Assembly: GCA_000388065.2 (NCBI GenBank)
Contig: KB932202.1
Source of the DNA: Fonticula alba ATCC 38817
Lineage: Eukaryota > Protista > Nucleariida
Strand: one strand, 5' to 3'
Length of the DNA stretch: 64,000 nt
Shown piece after piece: positions 58,309 to 64,000 of the stretch. The stretch's first letter is position 1, and the number at the start of each line of letters is the position of its first letter. The position numbers were made by a program, and so were the translations under genes. The notes beneath the pieces are model-generated. The model was not told the origin of the DNA, did not search any database, and was given only the letters and a program-made list of their open reading frames with translations.

Positions 58309-61300
58309 TGAGACTGTGGGAAGTCGAGCGCATGTCCCCCGGGCCGGGCAGCCGCGTAGGGAGCACAGGACGTGGAAGGCACAGGGTCAGTACCGGGTGC
58401 CAAAGGCCCATGGAGGGGCTTGCGCCCATGGCATTGGCCCAGTGGGGATGATCAGGGGGCAGAGGGAGGGGGCTCGGGTGGGGGGGCGGGGGGGGGGGCG
58501 ACCATATGCGGGTGCGTACAAGAATCCAGCTTCCTGTCCCGGGAGAGTCTGGTGAAAGGGCGGGCGGAGGGGAGAGGGGAGGATGCGCACTGCTTTCTAC
58601 AGGGGGCAGGCTGATGAGAAGGAACAGAGGGAGGAGGGGAAGACGACCACGATGGTGAGCGAGCGGTGTTGCGCGTGTGCAAATGCGAGCGCGGAAGCGA
58701 GATAGGGGGGGGGGCGAAACCGGCCTGCATTCCGGGGAGGAGAGAGAGAGAGGGGGAGGGAGGGGAAGGGACCAGAAGACTGGCGCGAGTGAGGGGGGGG
58801 GGGGGGCTAAGCACAGACGAGCGCGGCGGGCGCCCGCCTCACGCCAGCACGGCCACACCTACACACCAGGCAGGGGGGAGAAGAAGAGCCACAGGTGGGC
58901 CTCTGCCAGCGTGGATGGCCGCGGAAGCCGCGAGATGAGATCACACCCGGCCACACGCACGCCCCCAGGGAGATGCCGAGCAAAAGAGGTGACGTACCAA
59001 GGGAGGAAGGAAGGAGGAGCTCGGAAATGCGGCGACGCGAGGGGGTGGTGGGGCGGCCCGCGAGGTGGGAGGGTACGCGGTGAGGCGCGAGGCTGGAGGG
59101 GGGGGAAAGGAGGGGGAGCGGGGGAGAGGAGGAGCGGGGTGGCTGCGTGGGGAACGGAGGGGAGGGGAGGGGACGGGGGAGAAGAGGTGGTGGCCAATCG
59201 AGATTCCGGGGAGGGCCATCGCCCGAATTTCAGATTGAAGTCAATCCCCCCTTCCCCCCGCCGCCCCCTGAGGAGAACCAACGCCCCTCCACGGCCCCCC
59301 CCCTGCCAGTGAGGCCGGGCGTCTCTCGGAGTTTGTACATGTTTGGGAACGTGACGGGAGCAGCCTGCCACCCCCCCCCCCCCCAGGATGGGGACGGGGA
59401 GCCATCCCGCCAGTCTTCGCTGCCGGGCGCGGAAGAGGGGGGAGGGGGGCAGGCGCGGATAAGAACACGGGAATAGGGGGGGACCGAGCCCCGGCGCGCG
59501 CGCGCCCCCCCCCCCCCCGGCCGGCCGGCTGGCCCCGGTACGGCCATCGAACACGGCGCATTCCCCCCTCGGAGCCCCGGGGGCGCGCCAGGGGAAGGTG
59601 CGTCCCCGTCCTTGCCCCCGGCCTCCGCCCCCCCCTTCCCGCCGGGCTGGCCGACCACAGCACCCCCCATCTGCAGCCGGGCCGAGGATGGGCAAGCCAG
59701 CCGCGACGACCGGCCGGCGGCCAACCCGCTACGGGAAGGTGCAACGCTCCGAAGGCCGAGGGGGGTCGGACTCACCCCCCCCCCCCCCCCCCCCCCCCCC
59801 GCGTCCCGCGCCCGAGAGGCCGGCCAGGCAAGGCGGCCGACGGGCTCCGGCCGCCTGGCCATGCTCCCAAGCATCCAGGCTGCAAACGACGCGCCGGCCG
59901 CCGTCCTACTCTCGCTGCCCGCCGGGCGGTGGGTAGGCCCCCCGACGCCAGACGTCAGCAGGTCGCCGGCCCCGGCCACGGCCCCTCCCGACCGGGGGTG
60001 TTCAGCCGGCACGAAAATATGGAGCCTGGTGGCGCCTACGCCCGTTGGCGGGTCGCCCGAGCGAAGGCCGGGCCCTGTTGCACACACCCGGCACAGGCGG
60101 AAATCCCATATGAGAGGGGGAAGGCACACGCGCGCTTGGAAACTACCGGCCCCGCCCACGGGCACGCAAACATCATTGACATTGGAATGCTCTCGCGGCC
60201 CCGCCCCCCCTCGCCTACCCATGCAGCACTCGCCGGTCCGTGCCGAGGGTGTTGCGAGCACGGCGCTCGGCCACACCGGAAAGAGGCAAAGACGGGGAGC
60301 GCAGGAGGAAATATGTGATCCGGGGGCGGGGGAGGGGGGGGGGAGGGATGAGGGCGTGTGCATGGGTGGGCGCAAACGCACAGGCATGTACGCGGGGCAT
60401 GTTGCCCACGTAGGACCCGACTTGGCCCCTGCGGGTTGGAGGTCGTCGTCGGCTAGCGCCGCGCACCTCCTGGTGCGAGGATGACAAGGCCACAGGGGCC
60501 AAGGGCAATCGGCCGCTGGCCCTCGGGACCGCCGGACTCGGGCGCGGAGGGTCGCCGCCACGGGAGGACAGGCGCGGCCACGGATGGCCGAACGGCGGCC
60601 CCGCAGGAAGGCGCAGGGGGGACACGGGCGGCAGCTCGGTCCCGAGAAAGCAGGACGAGAACAAAAGCACCCAGCGGGGGGACAGGGGGGGAGGCGGGCA
60701 GAGGGCCTCGAGGGGGGGGAGGGGGGGGAAGGGGCACGCCCATGCAAACGCCCCCCCCCCNNNNNNNNNNNNNNNNNNNNNNNNNNNNNNNNNNNNNNNN
60801 NNNNNNNNNNNNNNNNNNNNNNNNNNNNNNNNNNNNNNNNNNNNNNNNNNNNNNNNNNNNNNNNNNNNNNNNNNNNNNNNNNNNNNNNNNNNNNNNNNNN
60901 NNNNNNNNNNNNNNNNNNNNNNNNNNNNNNNNNNNNNNNNNNNNNNNNNNNNNNNNNNNNNNNNNNNNNNNNNNNNNNNNNNNNNNNNNNNNNNNNNNNN
61001 NNNNNNNNNNNNNNNNNNNNNNNNNNNNNNNNNNNNNNNNNNNNNNNNNNNNNNNNNNNNNNNNNNNNNNNNNNNNNNNNNNNNNNNNNNNNNNNNNNNN
61101 NNNNNNNNNNNNNNNNNNNNNNNNNNNNNNNNNNNNNNNNNNNNNNNNNNNNNNNNNNNNNNNNNNNNNNNNNNNNNNNNNNNNNNNNNNNNNNNNNNNN
61201 NNNNNNNNNNNNNNNNNNNNNNNNNNNNNNNNNNNNNNNNNNNNNNNNNNNNNNNNNNNNNNNNNNNNNNNNNNNNNNNNNNNNNNNNNNNNNNNNNNNN

Positions 61301-62363
61301 NNNNNNNNNNNNNNNNNNNNNNNNNNNNNNNNNNNNNNNNNNNNNNNNNNNNNNNNNNNNNNNNNNNNNNNNNNNNNNNNNNNNNNNNNNNNNNNNNNNN
61401 NNNNNNNNNNNNNNNNNNNNNNNNNNNNNNNNNNNNNNNNNNNNNNNNNNNNNNNNNNNNNNNNNNNNNNNNNNNNNNNNNNNNNNNNNNNNNNNNNNNN
61501 NNNNNNNNNNNNNNNNNNNNNNNNNNNNNNNNNNNNNNNNNNNNNNNNNNNNNNNNNNNNNNNNNNNNNNNNNNNNNNNNNNNNNNNNNNNNNNNNNNNN
61601 NNNNGGGGGGAGGGCGGGGCTCGTCGGGGCCGGGGGGCGGGGCTCGTCGGGGCCGGGTACAGCGCACCCCCAAGACCGGCCCGTGCCGGCCCCTTTGCCA
61701 GGCTTGCAGCAATGATGACATCCCCCCCCCCGCTCTGCCGGCAGGGCACAAAAGAGGGGACAACGGGGGGAGAGCCGGCTGGCTGCCGGCGTTGATTGGT
61801 CAAGGCGGATAATAATATTGGTGCATTTTAAAATCGATCTTTGTTCCCTCGACCATCAAAGCCGGGCTACTTGGGGAATCCGAGCCTCACAAGGGGGCGG
61901 GTATAAGCCTATGAGTGAATATGCAGGTACGTGGTACGTGGGGGGGGGGGGGGGGGAGGGAGCTAGAGGCAGCGAGAGGGAAGGAATGAAGGACGCCTTT
62001 CCCCGCCGGCCCGGCGTCTCCCTTGCTAAGAGTCTACTTTCGTCGTCCAGAACCCGGGTGTGTGTGGCCCAGGCGCGGGGCCTGACCCGCGCTCTCGTCA
62101 CACCCGCCGCGCTGTTCCGCCCTCCCAGCTTGGGCGTTGGGCCACGGACGTAGGCCGATACGTGCGGGCTCTTGCCGCCTGTTGGTCCCAAGAGGTTGGC
62201 CCGCTCCTCCCCTCTCAGGGGGCAGGGCGGAGCATGCGGGAGACATTCCCCCCTGGCCCCCCCGCGTCTGCAAGCCGCTCTTCCACGATGCCCGGGGTGG
62301 GCGGGCGGGGGGGGGGGGGGGGGGGGGGAAAAAGGGGCGGGGAAATTTTTTTTTTGGGGCTTC

Positions 62364-62420
<57 letters not shown>

Positions 62421-64000
62421 AAAAATGGGTGGGGGGCGGGGGGCGGGGGGGAGCGGGGGGGTGGGGGGGGGGGGGGGGCGCCCCCCCCGGGCAGCCGCGG
62501 CGGGGGGGAGGTGGGGGGGGGGGTGGGGGGGGGGGGGGCTGGTCAGGAAACGAAAGGACGGGGGCAAACAGAGCCGAGAGAATGTCTCTTTCGTGACTTC
62601 CCGAGGGGCGGGGGGGAGGTGGGGCGAAAGACCGCCTAGTCCGCGAGACCCAGGGGACGGGCCCAGGAGCAGGGCCGGGAACGGAGCCGGAGACCATGCC
62701 GGTGCCAGGCTGGTCGCCAGTTGCCTCCACCCCCGCCCCTCCGGGCCCAGCCCTCTCTCTCTCTCTCTCTCTCTCTCTCCCCTGGTCGGCGCAAGCTCCC
62801 TGTGCTGGGTGTTTTGATGGCCCCCGGGGCGCGTGCCCGCGCCGCCTCGCTTGTGCTTGGAGCTGTTTCCCTGCGCCCCCCCCCCCGCCCCCGGGTTACG
62901 TGCAGGCTCGGGGCCAGCTCACTAAAAAGCTGGCCCCCTCCTCGGCACTCGCCCCCCGGTTGCCGACACCTCCTTTCTCACTACTGCTCCCCTGCGCGCA
63001 CGTAGTACCCCCTCCTTCCCTCCTTCTCTTCGTCGCCTCTCGCGCTCGACCGAACCCCCCTCCCCCCCGTTACCATGGCCCCTCCCAGTAAGTGTCTCCC
63101 CCTGCTGCATCCNNNNNNNNNNCCCAAAGGCCACGAAGCACAGTTCAGCGCCCCCCACACAGAGTGGGGAGCCCTGGGCAAATCTCATTCGAGAGGGATT
63201 GGGGCGCCCCCCCGGCACACGCCGCGGCGAAAGTGCACAGGCCCATTGCACGCCCCGCCGCACTTCCATTGACGCCCACACACGGACACTTTTTTGAATG
63301 GAAATAAAGAACGCCCGGCCCTGCCCGAGGAGACGACACACCAACCACCGGAGCGCGCGCGCGCGCGCGCCCTGGGGCACACTTATTGAGGGACCTCCCC
63401 CGGCACCTTCTTCCGGCCGGAAACGCGCGCCAGCCAGCACATCCGAACACACATGCCGACCGGAAGGACGCACCGAGGCATAGAGGCTTCGGGGGGCCGG
63501 GGGGGGGGGGGGGGGGGGGGGAGAAGAGGGCCTCAAGAGGCCTCTCGGGAAAACCCTGTACTCCAGAACGGCTATCGCTTGGGGCATGTGACCACACCGG
63601 TATGTCGCCATTCTGCGAAGCCCATTCCTACCATTGGACGCTGTTTAAACTATCGCCATTGGCCGCGGCGGAGGCCGCCTTGTCAGGGACAAGGGTGCGC
63701 GAAGGCGGCTGCCTGGCGCACTTTTTCAGGGCCATGCATGCTTCCCAACAGCGAGCCAGGGCGCCCGTCCCCCCCCCCCCCCCCCCCCTCCCCGGGCGGC
63801 GTCCGGCCGAGAGAGGCCGAGCAGCACAGAGAGCGGGAGGAGAAAAATCACCGGTGCTTGCAGCCCACTCGGCACGGGCCGCCCCCCCCCCCCCCCCCCC
63901 CCCTGGCCTTGTATGCGCCCGGGCCAATAGGCGCACGTCTCCTGGGGACACAGAGAAACCAGGGGGGAGGGCGGGGCTCGTCGGGGCCGGGGGGCGGGGC

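Noticed and set aside
59612-60484. 290-aa plus-strand ORF and overlapping ORFs upstream of the kinase
   Set aside because: Arg/Pro/Gly-rich with no domain character. ORFs this long arise by chance at this GC content.

Overview
This is GC-rich, intron-containing eukaryotic genomic DNA with about a dozen N-gaps, mostly flanked by poly-C or poly-G runs. Donor sites are mainly GTGCGT, GTACGT or GTATGT, and introns are C/CT/CA-rich on the sense strand. The style and gene content suggest a protist such as the holomycotan slime mould Fonticula, but that is inference. Eleven spliced protein-coding genes were rebuilt by hand: a pallidin/snapin-like BLOC-1 subunit (partial), mitochondrial glycine carrier SLC25A38/Hem25, a giant ~4,400-aa helical/low-complexity orphan, PPP1R21 (FERRY Fy-2), CstF-64/Rna15, condensin kleisin CAP-H/Brn1, phosphoacetylglucosamine mutase, a PTS2-bearing bacterial/plant-type citrate synthase, an FKBP15-like protein, an 811-aa orphan and a GCK-III/STE20 kinase. 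I found no supportable rRNA, tRNA, CRISPR array or transposon, and most ORF-track entries are GC-driven shadow ORFs. No clear-cut novel multi-gene system is visible. The best leads are protein-level: a TPR-like plus degenerate CHAT/separase-like giant protein, an FKBP15 tail with FAM21-like LF-acidic repeats, a peroxisomal-type citrate synthase with altered active-site motifs and a possible alternative first exon, adaptor-ear motifs in PPP1R21, and a CxxC-pair insertion in the glycine carrier.
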